Source: Gemmatimonadales bacterium
Lineage (GTDB): Bacteria > Gemmatimonadota > Gemmatimonadetes > Gemmatimonadales > GWC2-71-9
Length of the DNA: 35,131 nucleotides
Reading direction: 5' to 3'
Assembly: GCA_050733055.1 (NCBI GenBank)
Contig: JBOHSI010000054.1
Coordinates: forward strand, 1-35,131
The notes below the pieces were generated by a model. The model did no database searches, had not been told where the DNA came from, and was given only the letters and a program-made list of their open reading frames with translations. The stretch's first letter is position 1, and the number at the start of each line of letters is the position of its first letter. Positions 26,283 through 35,131 of the stretch are shown in pieces. The translations under genes and the position numbers were made by a program.

Positions 26283-27305
26283 TCAGGGACGTTCGGCCGC
26301 GAGCACGTCGTCCAACGCCTGCTCGAGCGCCCGGCCGTTCCGTTCCCACTGGACGGCAAGCCCCGCGACCAGAGGCTCGGGGGCATTGCCCGGCCACCGT
26401 CCGCGGAGCTTCACGGCGTCCTTTTCGGTGACTACAACATAAGCCCCCGCGGCGGCCCGGACGAGGCGCTCGAGATCCTCCCCTTCATAGGGGTGATGAT
26501 CTTGATACGCAACGAGTTGCACCTTCGCTCCGGCCCCCCGCAGCTGCGCGGCGAAGCTCTCGGGATCCGCGATGCCGGCCGCGGCGAGCACGCTCCGGCC
26601 GCTGAGCACCGCCAGATCGTGCCGCGTGCCCGTGTGCATCCCTTCCAGGTGGCTCAAGGCAAGGCACGCCACGCACACCGGGGTCCCAGGCCGCTTGCCG
26701 GCAATCCAGCCGGCGACGTGGGCCGCGGCCTCCGCAGGGGCGCGTTTTCGGGTGACGACGACCACGTCGGCGCGCCCGAGCGCGTCCCAGCGCTCGCGCC
26801 ACGGTCCCGCCGGGAGCGTCCACGGCGAGCCTGTGACGCTCTCGGCGCTTACGACGGCGACGTTCAGATCGCGTGCCACCGACAGCAGCTGGAACGCGTC
26901 ATCGAGCACGAGAACGCGGGCGCCCTGCTCGTGCGCACGGCGCGCGCCAGCGAGGCGGTCGGGGTGCGCCACGACCACCGCGCTCGGGACGAGCCGCCGG
27001 TGCACCCACGGCTCGTCCGCACCGTAGCCGCGCAGCAGGATCCCGGGCGTCCGACCGCGGGCGGCGTAATAGCCGGCGATCCACGCCGCGAGGGGGGTCT
27101 TCCCCGTCCCGCCCACCGAGAGATTGCCCACGGCCACCGCCGGCAACGGCAAGCGGCCGGGGCGCCGCCAGCCCCGCCGGTACGCCGTCGCGCGGAGCTG
27201 CATGACGCCCCGGTACAGAACCGCGAGCGGGACGAGGGGGAGCCGCGCCACGCGAGCCGCCGCGCCCTCGCTCCACAGCCAATGCGTCAGGCGGGCCAGG
27301 CTCAC
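26283..27305 (-). CDS. lpxK: Tetraacyldisaccharide 4'-kinase
   Basis: Track ORF 26283..27965 is trimmed to GTG 27305 ([11 protein letters not shown]...), which forms a GTGA overlap with the upstream stop. The P-loop [13 protein letters not shown] is present. Confidence 0.88.
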   Translation of the reverse strand: MSLARLTHWLWSEGAAARVARLPLVPLAVLYRGVMQLRATAYRRGWRRPGRLPLPAVAVGNLSVGGTGKTPLAAWIAGYYAARGRTPGILLRGYGADEPWVHRRLVPSAVVVAHPDRLAGARRAHEQGARVLVLDDAFQLLSVARDLNVAVVSAESVTGSPWTLPAGPWRERWDALGRADVVVVTRKRAPAEAAAHVAGWIAGKRPGTPVCVACLALSHLEGMHTGTRHDLAVLSGRSVLAAAGIADPESFAAQLRGAGAKVQLVAYQDHHPYEGEDLERLVRAAAGAYVVVTEKDAVKLRGRWPGNAPEPLVAGLAVQWERNGRALEQALDDVLAAERP

Positions 27306-27934
27306 GCCCCGTCCCCGTACGTCACGACGCGGAGCGCGCGCGTGGCATCGGCCATGCCGCGGCGCAGGCCGCTCTTCCCCTCTCCGACGTCGAACGGCGG
27401 GCTGTACGCGACCTCGACCGTGGCAAACGGCTTCGGGACGCAAAACCGGTCCCACGAGCGGATCCACCACGCCGACGAGGTGCGGGCTCCGGCAGCGATC
27501 ACGAGCGCGTTGGCGTGCTGCGCCGCGGCGAGCGCCCCGGGCTTCACCAGCTCGGCAGGCCCGCGCGGGCCATCGGGGGTGAGGGCAACTTCGGCGCCGC
27601 CCCGCAGGTAGCGCACCAGGCCGAGCAGCCCCGCCTCGCCGCCCCGCTGCGTCGAGCCGCGCACGACCCGGTATCCCCAGCGCCGGGACAGCTCCGCCAG
27701 GTAGCTGCCGTCGCGGTGTCGGCTGATGAGCAGCGCCATACCCTCGCCACGTCGGCTGTAGAGCAGCGGCAGGATGCGGCTGTGCCACAACACGTACACG
27801 ATCGGCCGGTCGCGGTGGCGCGCCGCCTCCACGTGCTCCCAACCGCGGACGCGGTAGCGCCAGGTGGCGGCGAGCACACTCAGGAGCCCCGCGCTCAGCG
27901 CGGTCGCCAGAGGCTCGGCCCAGCGCAGTTTCAC
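27302..27934 (-). CDS. DUF374 / lysophospholipid-acyltransferase-like protein
   Basis: Track ORF 27302..28843 is trimmed to GTG 27934 (VKLRWAEPLATAL...), which forms a GTGA overlap with the lpxB stop. Supporting features are IVYVLWHSRIL (an HX4-like acyltransferase motif context) and ALTPDGPRGP. The gene sits between lpxB and lpxK. Confidence 0.7.
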   Translation of the reverse strand: MKLRWAEPLATALSAGLLSVLAATWRYRVRGWEHVEAARHRDRPIVYVLWHSRILPLLYSRRGEGMALLISRHRDGSYLAELSRRWGYRVVRGSTQRGGEAGLLGLVRYLRGGAEVALTPDGPRGPAELVKPGALAAAQHANALVIAAGARTSSAWWIRSWDRFCVPKPFATVEVAYSPPFDVGEGKSGLRRGMADATRALRVVTYGDGA

Positions 27935-29043
27935 CCCAGCAGCTCTGTGGCAAGCGCGGCCACACGGTCCGCGGCGCCCGGGGGCCCGAGCCGCTCGCGG
28001 ACGAGAGCGAGGCCGTCGCGCTGGCGCCGGGTCGCTTGGCTCGCCGGGTCGAGCAGCGGGAGCACGGCGGCGGCGAGCGCCTGGGGCGTGACCGCGCGCT
28101 GGAGGAGCTCCGGCGAGATCTCGCGCCCCGCGATCAGGTTGACGAGTCCGACGCGCGGCACGCGCAGCAGCCGCATCCCGATGGCGAACGACACCGGATT
28201 CAGCCGGTAGGCGATTACCATCGGCAGGTCGGCGAGCGCCGCTTCGAGCGTCGTCGTACCAGACTTGCACAACGCGGCATCTGCTGCAGCGAAGACGAGG
28301 GCGGGATCGCCAGGGTGGATGCGAATCACGCCGGGCGCGTCGTAGCGCCCCCGCGGGGTCCCGGCGACAATCACTTGCACTTCCGGCCGCTCGGCCCGCA
28401 CGCCGGCCGCCGCCTCCCGGAACGCCGGCCACAGCCGAACCACCTCCTGCGCCCGGCTGCCGGGGAACAGCCCGAGCACCGGCCGCATCGGGTCGAGCCC
28501 GATCTCCCGGCGGGCTGCGGCGCGCGACGGCAGCGGCGGCCGGTCCTTGAGCGGATGCCCGACGAACGTCGCGGGGATGCCGCGCTCCCGGAAGAACTCC
28601 TCCTCGAACGGGAGGATGACCGCGAGGCGGCGCACGGCGGCCAGCTTGCGCACGCGCCCGACGCCCCACGCCCACATCTGGGGCGCGATGTAATAGAGCA
28701 CGGGAATCCCGGCCGTGTGCGCAGCCGCCGCCACGCGCAGGTGGTAGCCGGGATAATCGACGAGGAGGACCAGATCGTAGCGCCTGGCGCGGAACGCTTC
28801 CCGCACCCGCCCCAGCAGCCGCACGTGGGCCGGCAGCTTCCACAGCGCCTCGACAAAGCCCACGACCGACATGCGCTCCATCCGGTCGAGCACCCGGGCG
28901 CCCGCGACCTCGAGGCTCGGGCCCCCGAACGCCTCGAACGCCGCCGCAGGGAGGCGGCGCCGCAGCGCCGTCACCACCGCGGCGGCGTGCGCGTCGCCCG
29001 ACGGCTCTCCCGCCGAGACGTAGATCCGGGGTGGGCGGCTCAC
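27931..29043 (-). CDS. lpxB: Lipid-A-disaccharide synthase
   Basis: 370 aa with a GTG start. It has the N-terminal IYVSAGEPSGDAH motif and a GT19-like sequence throughout. Confidence 0.92.
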   Translation of the reverse strand: MSRPPRIYVSAGEPSGDAHAAAVVTALRRRLPAAAFEAFGGPSLEVAGARVLDRMERMSVVGFVEALWKLPAHVRLLGRVREAFRARRYDLVLLVDYPGYHLRVAAAAHTAGIPVLYYIAPQMWAWGVGRVRKLAAVRRLAVILPFEEEFFRERGIPATFVGHPLKDRPPLPSRAAARREIGLDPMRPVLGLFPGSRAQEVVRLWPAFREAAAGVRAERPEVQVIVAGTPRGRYDAPGVIRIHPGDPALVFAAADAALCKSGTTTLEAALADLPMVIAYRLNPVSFAIGMRLLRVPRVGLVNLIAGREISPELLQRAVTPQALAAAVLPLLDPASQATRRQRDGLALVRERLGPPGAADRVAALATELLG

Positions 29044-30023
29044 GGCCGCGCGGCAGCGAGGGGCGAGGCCTGGACGGCGTCGGCGACTCGGAAGGCGAGG
29101 GCCAGGGCCTGCGCCCCGGCCGCGCCCGACACGACGACTTCTTCTTCTCCCCGCACCGCGCGGAGGAAGCTCTCGAGCTCGAGCTTGAGCGGCTCCGCCT
29201 CCGGTGCCTCCAGCCGCACGTGCGCGACGATCTGTTCGAGCGTCGTGGCGCCGAGACCCTGCCAGCCGGGCTTCAGCCGGTAGTAGTCGCCCGTCCCCTG
29301 CGCGAGGTCGAGGGAGAAATAGCCGGTGGGCTGGAAGACGCGCAGCTTGCGGGTCCGCTCGCGCGACACGCGGCTCGCCGTGACGTTTGCGACGGCGCTG
29401 TTCGCGAACTCGATGCGAGCGTTCGCGATATCCACGTGCGGGGTGAGGATCGGCACGCCAGTGGCTCGGACGTCCACCACGTCGGAGCGCACCAGCTCGA
29501 GCACGAGGTCGAGGTCGTGGATCATCAGGTCGAGGATCACGGCCACGTCGGTGCCGCGCGGTTGAAACGGCGCTAGACGGTCGATCTGCAGAAAGCGCGG
29601 CTCCTCAAGGTAGGGCGCCGCGGCCCGCACCGCTCGGTTGAACCGCTCTACGTGTCCTACCTGGAGCACGACGCCCTGTTCCGCGGCGGCGCCTACCAGC
29701 TGCTCGGCGCCGGCAATGGTGTCGGCGAGCGGCTTTTCGATCAGGGCGTGGAGCCCGCGCGGCAGCACGGCGAGCCCGACCTCCGCGTGCGCCGGCGTCG
29801 GGACCACGACCGACACTGCCTCTGCACGCTCGAGCAGCGCATCGAGCGACGGATGGGCGACCGTCTCGAGCTGCGTCGCAACCTCCGCTGCGCGCGCGGG
29901 GTTCTTATCGTAGATACCGGCGAATTCCACGCCCGGCATGCGCCGCAGCAGGCGGGCGTGGTGGAAGCCGAGGGCTCCGGTGCCGATGACGCCCACCCGC
30001 ACCGGTCTCGCCCGATCGCTCAC
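29040..30023 (-). CDS. Gfo/Idh/MocA-family NAD(P)-dependent oxidoreductase (GnnA-like position in the lipid A cluster)
   Basis: 327 aa with a GTG start. The Rossmann N-terminus is VRVGVIGTGALGFHHARLL, and EKP is present (IEKPLADT). It is coupled by GTGA overlaps to lpxA upstream and lpxB downstream. Confidence 0.8.
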   Translation of the reverse strand: MSDRARPVRVGVIGTGALGFHHARLLRRMPGVEFAGIYDKNPARAAEVATQLETVAHPSLDALLERAEAVSVVVPTPAHAEVGLAVLPRGLHALIEKPLADTIAGAEQLVGAAAEQGVVLQVGHVERFNRAVRAAAPYLEEPRFLQIDRLAPFQPRGTDVAVILDLMIHDLDLVLELVRSDVVDVRATGVPILTPHVDIANARIEFANSAVANVTASRVSRERTRKLRVFQPTGYFSLDLAQGTGDYYRLKPGWQGLGATTLEQIVAHVRLEAPEAEPLKLELESFLRAVRGEEEVVVSGAAGAQALALAFRVADAVQASPLAAARP

Positions 30024-30787
30024 ACCAGCACCCCGCGCTGGGACCCTTCGATGAACTTGAGGAAGTTCTCCACCTCGGATGTGTGCGGCAGCTCCGCCCG
30101 TGCTCTCGCGATCCCCTGGCTCACCGTCATGTCGGAATTGAAGAGCAGGCGGTAGGCCCGCTTGAGCGCCAGCTTGACCTCGGGCGAGAAGCCCGCGCGC
30201 TGCAGGCCCACGGAGTTCAGGCCGTAGAGGTGCACCGGGTTTCCGACCGCCTTGGTGTAAGGCGGGACGTCCTGGTTCACGCGGGAGCCGCCGCCCACGA
30301 ACGCGAACGTGCCGATCCGCACGAACTGATGAATCGGCACCAACCCGGAGATGACGGCCCGGTCCTCGATCGTTACGTGCCCGGCCATCTGGACCGCGTT
30401 GGCGATGATCACGTCATTCCCGATGGCGCAGTCGTGGGCGACGTGTACGTACGACATCAGGAAACAGCGCTGGCCGACCGATGTCTTCCCCGTCGACGTC
30501 GTGCCGCGGTTGATCGTGCAATACTCGCGGATCACGGTCCCGTCGCCGACCTCGACCCAGGTGTCCTCGCCCCGATACTTCAGGTCCTGCGGGTCGTTGC
30601 CGATCACGGTCCCGTAGCCGACCTTCACGCCCTGGCCCAGCTTGACGTTGCGCTCGAGCACCGCGTGCGCCGCGATCTGGCAGCGGTCGTCGACGGTGAC
30701 CCGTGGTCCGATGATCGCGTACGGCCCCACGCTCGCGTCGAGCGCCAGGTGTGCCGTGGGATCGACGAGCGCGGTCCGATGGATCAC
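30020..30787 (-). CDS. lpxA: Acyl-ACP--UDP-N-acetylglucosamine O-acyltransferase
   Basis: 255 aa with a GTG start. It has left-handed beta-helix hexapeptide repeats and an LpxA-type C-terminal helical domain (LYGLNSVGLQRAGFS). Confidence 0.92.
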   Translation of the reverse strand: MIHRTALVDPTAHLALDASVGPYAIIGPRVTVDDRCQIAAHAVLERNVKLGQGVKVGYGTVIGNDPQDLKYRGEDTWVEVGDGTVIREYCTINRGTTSTGKTSVGQRCFLMSYVHVAHDCAIGNDVIIANAVQMAGHVTIEDRAVISGLVPIHQFVRIGTFAFVGGGSRVNQDVPPYTKAVGNPVHLYGLNSVGLQRAGFSPEVKLALKRAYRLLFNSDMTVSQGIARARAELPHTSEVENFLKFIEGSQRGVLV

Positions 30788-32073
30788 CGGTCCACCACGG
30801 TCGCCATCATCTCCGCCTCGGCTACGATCTGCCCGTCCACGTAGCCGACCCCCTTCATCTTGCAGGTTTTGCCCCGGAACTGAACCATCTCGAGCTCGAA
30901 GCGGATCTGATCCCCCGGCACCACCGGCCGGCGGAACTTGACGTTGTCGAGCGACATGAAGTAGACGACCTTGTCTTCCACGTTCTGTCCCTCAAAGAAG
31001 CTCATCAAGAGCATCCCGCCGACCTGGGCCATCGCCTCGATGATCAGCACCCCCGGCATGATCGGATGACCCGGGAAATGGCCCTGGAAGAACGGCTCGT
31101 TGATGGTGACGTTCTTGATCCCCACGATCCGCTGCTGCCCCTCCACCTCGATGATCCGGTCCACCAGCAGGAACGGGTAGCGGTGCGGCAGCACGTCCAT
31201 AATGCGGGCGATGTCCATCCGGGGCGTCCCCATGCGCTTGGCGGCGCGCGACAAGGCGTGGGCGAGCGCGACGTTGCCCCCGTGGCTGGGCCGCGTCGCG
31301 ACGACGTGGGCGCGGATCCGGCCGCCCGTAAGCGCCAGGTCGCCGATGATGTCGGCGGCCTTGTGGCGCACAAACTCGTCCGGCCAGCGCAGCTTGCCGC
31401 CGTTCGCCAAGCCGCGGTCGTCGAGCACGATGGCACTGACCGCGGACGCGCCCTTGATCAGGCCCTTCGCCTTGAGCGCCTCCACCTCGCTCGCGAACCC
31501 GAACGTGCGGGCGGGGGCGAGCTCCCGCGCGAACACCTCCGGAGTCACGGTATAGCTCCCGGACTGCCGGCCGATCAAGGGATGCGGCCACTCGATCGTC
31601 ACCGTCAGCCGGAATTCCTTCGCAGGCGCGACCACATAGCTCGAGTCGCCCTCGGTGACGGTGAACGGGGCCTGCACGGTGAGCACGACGGGCTCCCCGC
31701 CGACGTCGACGGGCTCCGCGCGCTGGAGCGCCTCGAAATAGGCCTGAAAGCTGCCGTCGAGGATCGGGGGCTCGGGCCCCGTGAGCTCGACGGTCACGTC
31801 GTCGATCTCATGAGCCGCGATCGCCGCGAGGACGTGTTCCACGGTGTGGATGGTGCTCTTGCCCTTGCCGATCGACGTGCGGCGCTCGACCGCCTCGACC
31901 TCCGTAAGCCGGGCGGGGATCTCCGGCGTCCCGGGGAGATCCACCCGCCGGAACATTATCCCCTGGCCCGCGGGCGCAGGGAGGAAGCTCGCCCGGGTCT
32001 CGGCGCCGGTGTGAAGCCCCGTGCCCGACACCGATGCCTGTTTGCGGATGGAGCGTCTAGCGATGGGACTCAT
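30784..32073 (-). CDS. lpxC/fabZ: Bifunctional UDP-3-O-acyl-GlcNAc deacetylase / 3-hydroxyacyl-ACP dehydratase (LpxC-FabZ fusion)
   Basis: Track ORF 30784..32199 is trimmed to ATG 32073 ([12 protein letters not shown]...). The LpxC part has SGTGLHTG and HTVEHVLAA. The FabZ part has [13 protein letters not shown] and [20 protein letters not shown]. Confidence 0.92.
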   Translation of the reverse strand: MSPIARRSIRKQASVSGTGLHTGAETRASFLPAPAGQGIMFRRVDLPGTPEIPARLTEVEAVERRTSIGKGKSTIHTVEHVLAAIAAHEIDDVTVELTGPEPPILDGSFQAYFEALQRAEPVDVGGEPVVLTVQAPFTVTEGDSSYVVAPAKEFRLTVTIEWPHPLIGRQSGSYTVTPEVFARELAPARTFGFASEVEALKAKGLIKGASAVSAIVLDDRGLANGGKLRWPDEFVRHKAADIIGDLALTGGRIRAHVVATRPSHGGNVALAHALSRAAKRMGTPRMDIARIMDVLPHRYPFLLVDRIIEVEGQQRIVGIKNVTINEPFFQGHFPGHPIMPGVLIIEAMAQVGGMLLMSFFEGQNVEDKVVYFMSLDNVKFRRPVVPGDQIRFELEMVQFRGKTCKMKGVGYVDGQIVAEAEMMATVVDR

Positions 32074-33133
32074 CCTGCCGGCGCACCAGCGCCTCGAGGT
32101 CGTCCACGATCTTTGCCAGACGATACAGCGCTGCCTGCGCTCGGAAGAACTCGCGATGCTCCCTGCCGGGGAACCCGGTAATCGTGGCGCCGGGCGCAAT
32201 GTCCCCGATCACGCCCCCCTGCACCGTCACCCGCGCGCCGCGGCCGATCGTCACGTGGTCGGCGACGCCGGCCTGGCCGGCCAGGAACACGTCGTCCTCG
32301 ATGTGCGTGCTCCCGGCGATCCCGGCCTGCCCCGCGATGATGCAACGCGCGCCGATGCGGCAGTTGTGCCCGACTTGCACGAGGTTGTCGATCTTCGTCC
32401 CCCGACCGATGATGGTGTCGTCCACGCTGCCGCGGTCGATGGTGGTGTTGGCGCCGATCTCCACGTCGTCCCCAATGATGCAGCGCCCGACTTGCGGGAT
32501 CTTGCGCGGGAGCTCGCCGCTCCCGCCGGGGACGTAGCCGAAGCCGTCGCTCCCGAGCCGGGCGCCAGCGTGCAGAATCACCCGGTGCCCAATGATCGTG
32601 CCGCTGTAGCACACGACGTGGGGATAGAGCTGGACGTCGTCGCCCACCTCGACGCCGTCCCCGAGCACGCAACCGGCTCCGACGCGAGCATTCCGGCCCA
32701 GCCGCACCCCCCGCCCGAGCACCGCATACGGCCCGATGGCAACCGGGTCTTGCCACACCGTGCCCGGTCCGATTACCGCCGTGCGGTGCACGCCCGGCTC
32801 CCACGCCGGCTCAGGGTAGAGCACCGGGATCACGGACAAGAGCGCGATGTGGGGATCGCGCACCAGCACACGGCACGCCGGCCCTGCGGACTCCCCCTGT
32901 ACGAGATCCGCCCGACAGAGCACGACGGCTGCTCTAGACCGTTGAAAATACGGAAGATAGCGCTTGCTGGCAAGAAAGGAGAGGTCGCCGGGGCCGGCGT
33001 GGTCGAGCGGCGCGACGCGCGAGACCGTCACGTCCGCGCTCCCCACCAACTCCCCGTTCGTCAGCGCCGCGACTTGCTGGGCGCTGAGGCGCCTGACAGC
33101 CTCGCCGCCTCCGGCTTCGCTCCCATCGCTCAC
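32057..33133 (-). CDS. lpxD: UDP-3-O-acylglucosamine N-acyltransferase
   Basis: 358 aa with a GTG start. It has an N-terminal uridine-binding domain followed by long hexapeptide repeats (IGDDVEIGANTTIDRGS). Confidence 0.92.
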   Translation of the reverse strand: MSDGSEAGGGEAVRRLSAQQVAALTNGELVGSADVTVSRVAPLDHAGPGDLSFLASKRYLPYFQRSRAAVVLCRADLVQGESAGPACRVLVRDPHIALLSVIPVLYPEPAWEPGVHRTAVIGPGTVWQDPVAIGPYAVLGRGVRLGRNARVGAGCVLGDGVEVGDDVQLYPHVVCYSGTIIGHRVILHAGARLGSDGFGYVPGGSGELPRKIPQVGRCIIGDDVEIGANTTIDRGSVDDTIIGRGTKIDNLVQVGHNCRIGARCIIAGQAGIAGSTHIEDDVFLAGQAGVADHVTIGRGARVTVQGGVIGDIAPGATITGFPGREHREFFRAQAALYRLAKIVDDLEALVRRQDESHR

Positions 33134-33145
33134 GGGGCGGATCCG

Positions 33146-33682
33146 CTATTGCGCCTGCTTCAGCCGATCCAGGACCTTCGTCGTGATGTCGAGGGTCGGG
33201 TCGGCTGCCACGATATTGTTCCCGGGCGCATCGGCGTCGAAGATGACCGCGTAGTTGCCTTCGGCGCGCAGCCCTTGGATCACCGCGTTCACGCGCGCCT
33301 GGATCGGCTGCAGCAGCTCCTGTTCGCGCTGCTGCGCTCGGCCCTGGAGCTCGCTGGAGCGCTGCTCGAAGCGCTGTTGCAGCTGTTGCAGCTCACGCTG
33401 CTTCGCCTGCTTGGCGGCCGGCGAGAGGGCGATCGACTGCTGGTCGAAGGCCCGGACGGCCGAGTCGAGCTGCTGCTGCAGCTTCTGCACTTCGTCGCGG
33501 AACCCCTGCACCTCGCGGCTGAAGGTTGATTCCGCCGCCGCATAGCCGGGGGTCTGCTGCAGGATCTGTCGGGAGCTGATGAACCCAATCTTGAGCGAGG
33601 GCTGGGCCGCCTGGCCCCGCATCGCTGCAGGCGCCAGGCCCGCGAGGCCGAGCAACGCCCACACTGTCACAGCACGTCGCAT
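33146..33682 (-). CDS. skp: OmpH/Skp-family periplasmic chaperone
   Basis: 178 aa. It has a signal peptide (VWALLGLAGLAPAAMRGQ) and a Q/E/L-rich coiled-coil body. It occupies the canonical position between bamA and lpxD. Confidence 0.88.
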   Translation of the reverse strand: MRRAVTVWALLGLAGLAPAAMRGQAAQPSLKIGFISSRQILQQTPGYAAAESTFSREVQGFRDEVQKLQQQLDSAVRAFDQQSIALSPAAKQAKQRELQQLQQRFEQRSSELQGRAQQREQELLQPIQARVNAVIQGLRAEGNYAVIFDADAPGNNIVAADPTLDITTKVLDRLKQAQ

Positions 33683-33742
33683 AACGCGTCTCCCCGAGAG
33701 GTACCCGTATGGACGGTCCCGCGGTGGCCGCAGGAGCCGGGA

Positions 33743-35131
33743 TCAGAAGAAATTGCCGAGCTTGAAGTGCAGCTTCCAGCCGGGCGTGGGCCGACCGCTG
33801 AAGTCGGTGCGGTCGAAGCCGTACGCCCAGTCGATGCCGATCGGCCCGAGAGGCGAGATCAGGCTGAGCCCCACCCCCGCACCTCGGAACAGGCGCGTAG
33901 GGTTGAACTGACCCGCTCGCGCCCAGACGTTGCCCGCATCGTAGAACGCGCTGACGTAGAACATCTGCGACAGCCGCACCCCGACCTCGCCCGTCATCAG
34001 GAAATACGACTTGCCGAAGGCGCTGGCGCGCGCCGAGCCGACCCGCGCCGACGCGTCGAACCCGTTTGGGGTGACGGAGAACTCGTCGTAGCCGCGGAGC
34101 GGGATACCGTACTGCGTGCCACCCATGGCGAACAGCTGGTCGATGAACGGCGCGGTGCCGAACACGAACCCTGAACGGGTGGAGAGACCCATCACGAAGC
34201 GCACGGGTGACGCGCTCGTGCGCCCCCCGAGCTGCCCCAGGGGCGCGTACCAGCGGCCCTCGATATCGAGACGCTGGAAGTTGCCAGTTCCCCCGAGCGG
34301 GCCGCCGCTCTGCGACAGGCCCACCTGGTGCATCGTGCCGGCGGTCGCGAACGGCAAGTCGATGCGGGTATCGCGCAGGATGGAGACCCCGAAGGTCGAA
34401 CGCACACAGTTCGAGCAGCTCAGACTCGAGAGACTCTGGCTCGAGCCGGTGAAGGTCTGGTCGTCGATTCCGTACGAAACGAAGAGCCGGGTGTAGCGGT
34501 CGTTGAACACCGGGAACCCGAGCTGCAGACTCCCGCCACGGCGCCGCAGCTGCCCGAGGTCCTGGATCGTGTAGCGCAGTCGGGTGTTGTGCACGTTCGC
34601 CGTCGCCGAGATGCGCGTGTCGCGCACGGCCGGGTCGGTGAACGTGAGGTCGAAGTCGTTGATGTTCTTCCCGAACTGCCACTGGAACCGCCCCCGCTTC
34701 CCCTTCCCGAACAGATTCGGCTCGTCGAGCCCGAGGAAGCCGCCCAGGCCGGTCCCCTGCCCGAGCGAAGCGCCGAAATTGATGTTGCCGGTGCGCTTCT
34801 CAGTCACGCGGAAGACGACGTCCACGTCCCCCTGGTCGTTGGCGGGTCGCGTATCGGGAAACGGCAGCGGCTGCTGGAAGAAGCCGAGATTCGAGATGTT
34901 CTGATAGGAGCGGATCAGGGCGTCCTGGCGGAACACGTCACCCGGGAGCAGCACGATGGCTTCGCGGATCACCCGCTCGTGGGTCACGTCGTTCCCCGCG
35001 ATCTCGACCTTGTTGACGATGGCTGGTACCCCCTCGTTGATCAGCCATCGCAAATCCACGACGGGCTTGCCGTCCGGTCCGGTGCGCCGCAGCACGGCCG
35101 GCTGGACCCGTACGTAGATATAGCCGCTGTT
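33743..35131 (-). CDS. bamA: Outer membrane protein assembly factor BamA, 5'-truncated by the window edge
   Basis: The frame stays open beyond track ORF 33743..35095 to base 35131 (NSGYIYVRVQPA...). It contains the last POTRA domain plus the Omp85 beta-barrel, ending in the aromatic C-terminus KLHFKLGNFF. Confidence 0.92.
   Translation of the reverse strand, partial: NSGYIYVRVQPAVLRRTGPDGKPVVDLRWLINEGVPAIVNKVEIAGNDVTHERVIREAIVLLPGDVFRQDALIRSYQNISNLGFFQQPLPFPDTRPANDQGDVDVVFRVTEKRTGNINFGASLGQGTGLGGFLGLDEPNLFGKGKRGRFQWQFGKNINDFDLTFTDPAVRDTRISATANVHNTRLRYTIQDLGQLRRRGGSLQLGFPVFNDRYTRLFVSYGIDDQTFTGSSQSLSSLSCSNCVRSTFGVSILRDTRIDLPFATAGTMHQVGLSQSGGPLGGTGNFQRLDIEGRWYAPLGQLGGRTSASPVRFVMGLSTRSGFVFGTAPFIDQLFAMGGTQYGIPLRGYDEFSVTPNGFDASARVGSARASAFGKSYFLMTGEVGVRLSQMFYVSAFYDAGNVWARAGQFNPTRLFRGAGVGLSLISPLGPIGIDWAYGFDRTDFSGRPTPGWKLHFKLGNFF

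Overview
This is a GC-rich bacterial chromosomal window; real genes have almost exclusively G/C at third codon positions. It is housekeeping/core genome, not an accessory island. I support 35 CDS (two cut by the window edges), 2 tRNAs and one candidate recombination site. I saw no rRNA, CRISPR, transposase/integrase or recognisable defence or toxin genes. Lineage guess, inference only: a diderm of the FCB/Gemmatimonadota type, based on the LpxC-FabZ fusion, BshC and very high GC. Layout: (i) 1-5787, + strand: an envelope-glycosylation module (GT4, flippase-like membrane protein, YfhO-like GT-C protein, polyprenyl-phosphate sugar synthase) followed by dapF. (ii) 5817-5844: a 28-bp dif-like XerC/XerD site in the only strongly AT-rich patch, exactly where gene polarity flips. 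(iii) 5861-35131: every gene is on the - strand. In map order these are a TPR/YfgM-like protein, tRNA-Arg(CCT), apt, acyP, pcm, surE, GT2, a MerR regulator, gpsA, plsY, der, a DUF512 radical-SAM-like protein, a 397-bp unexplained non-coding gap, tRNA-Gly(CCC), a TPR protein, larC, thrC, uvrC, murJ, a small membrane protein, an AMMECR1-BshC fusion ORF, rlmH, glutamate dehydrogenase, and a lipid A/outer-membrane cluster (lpxK, DUF374, lpxB, Gfo/Idh/MocA oxidoreductase, lpxA, lpxC-fabZ, lpxD, skp, bamA). Many neighbouring genes overlap by 1-62 nt (ATGA/GTGA junctions). The observations most worth follow-up are the dif/terminus signature, the in-frame AMMECR1-BshC fusion, the 397-bp non-coding region next to tRNA-Gly, and the YfhO-type glycosylation module in a diderm. 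Many long ORFs in the supplied track are GC-driven shadow ORFs or N-terminal over-extensions, and I trimmed or rejected them.
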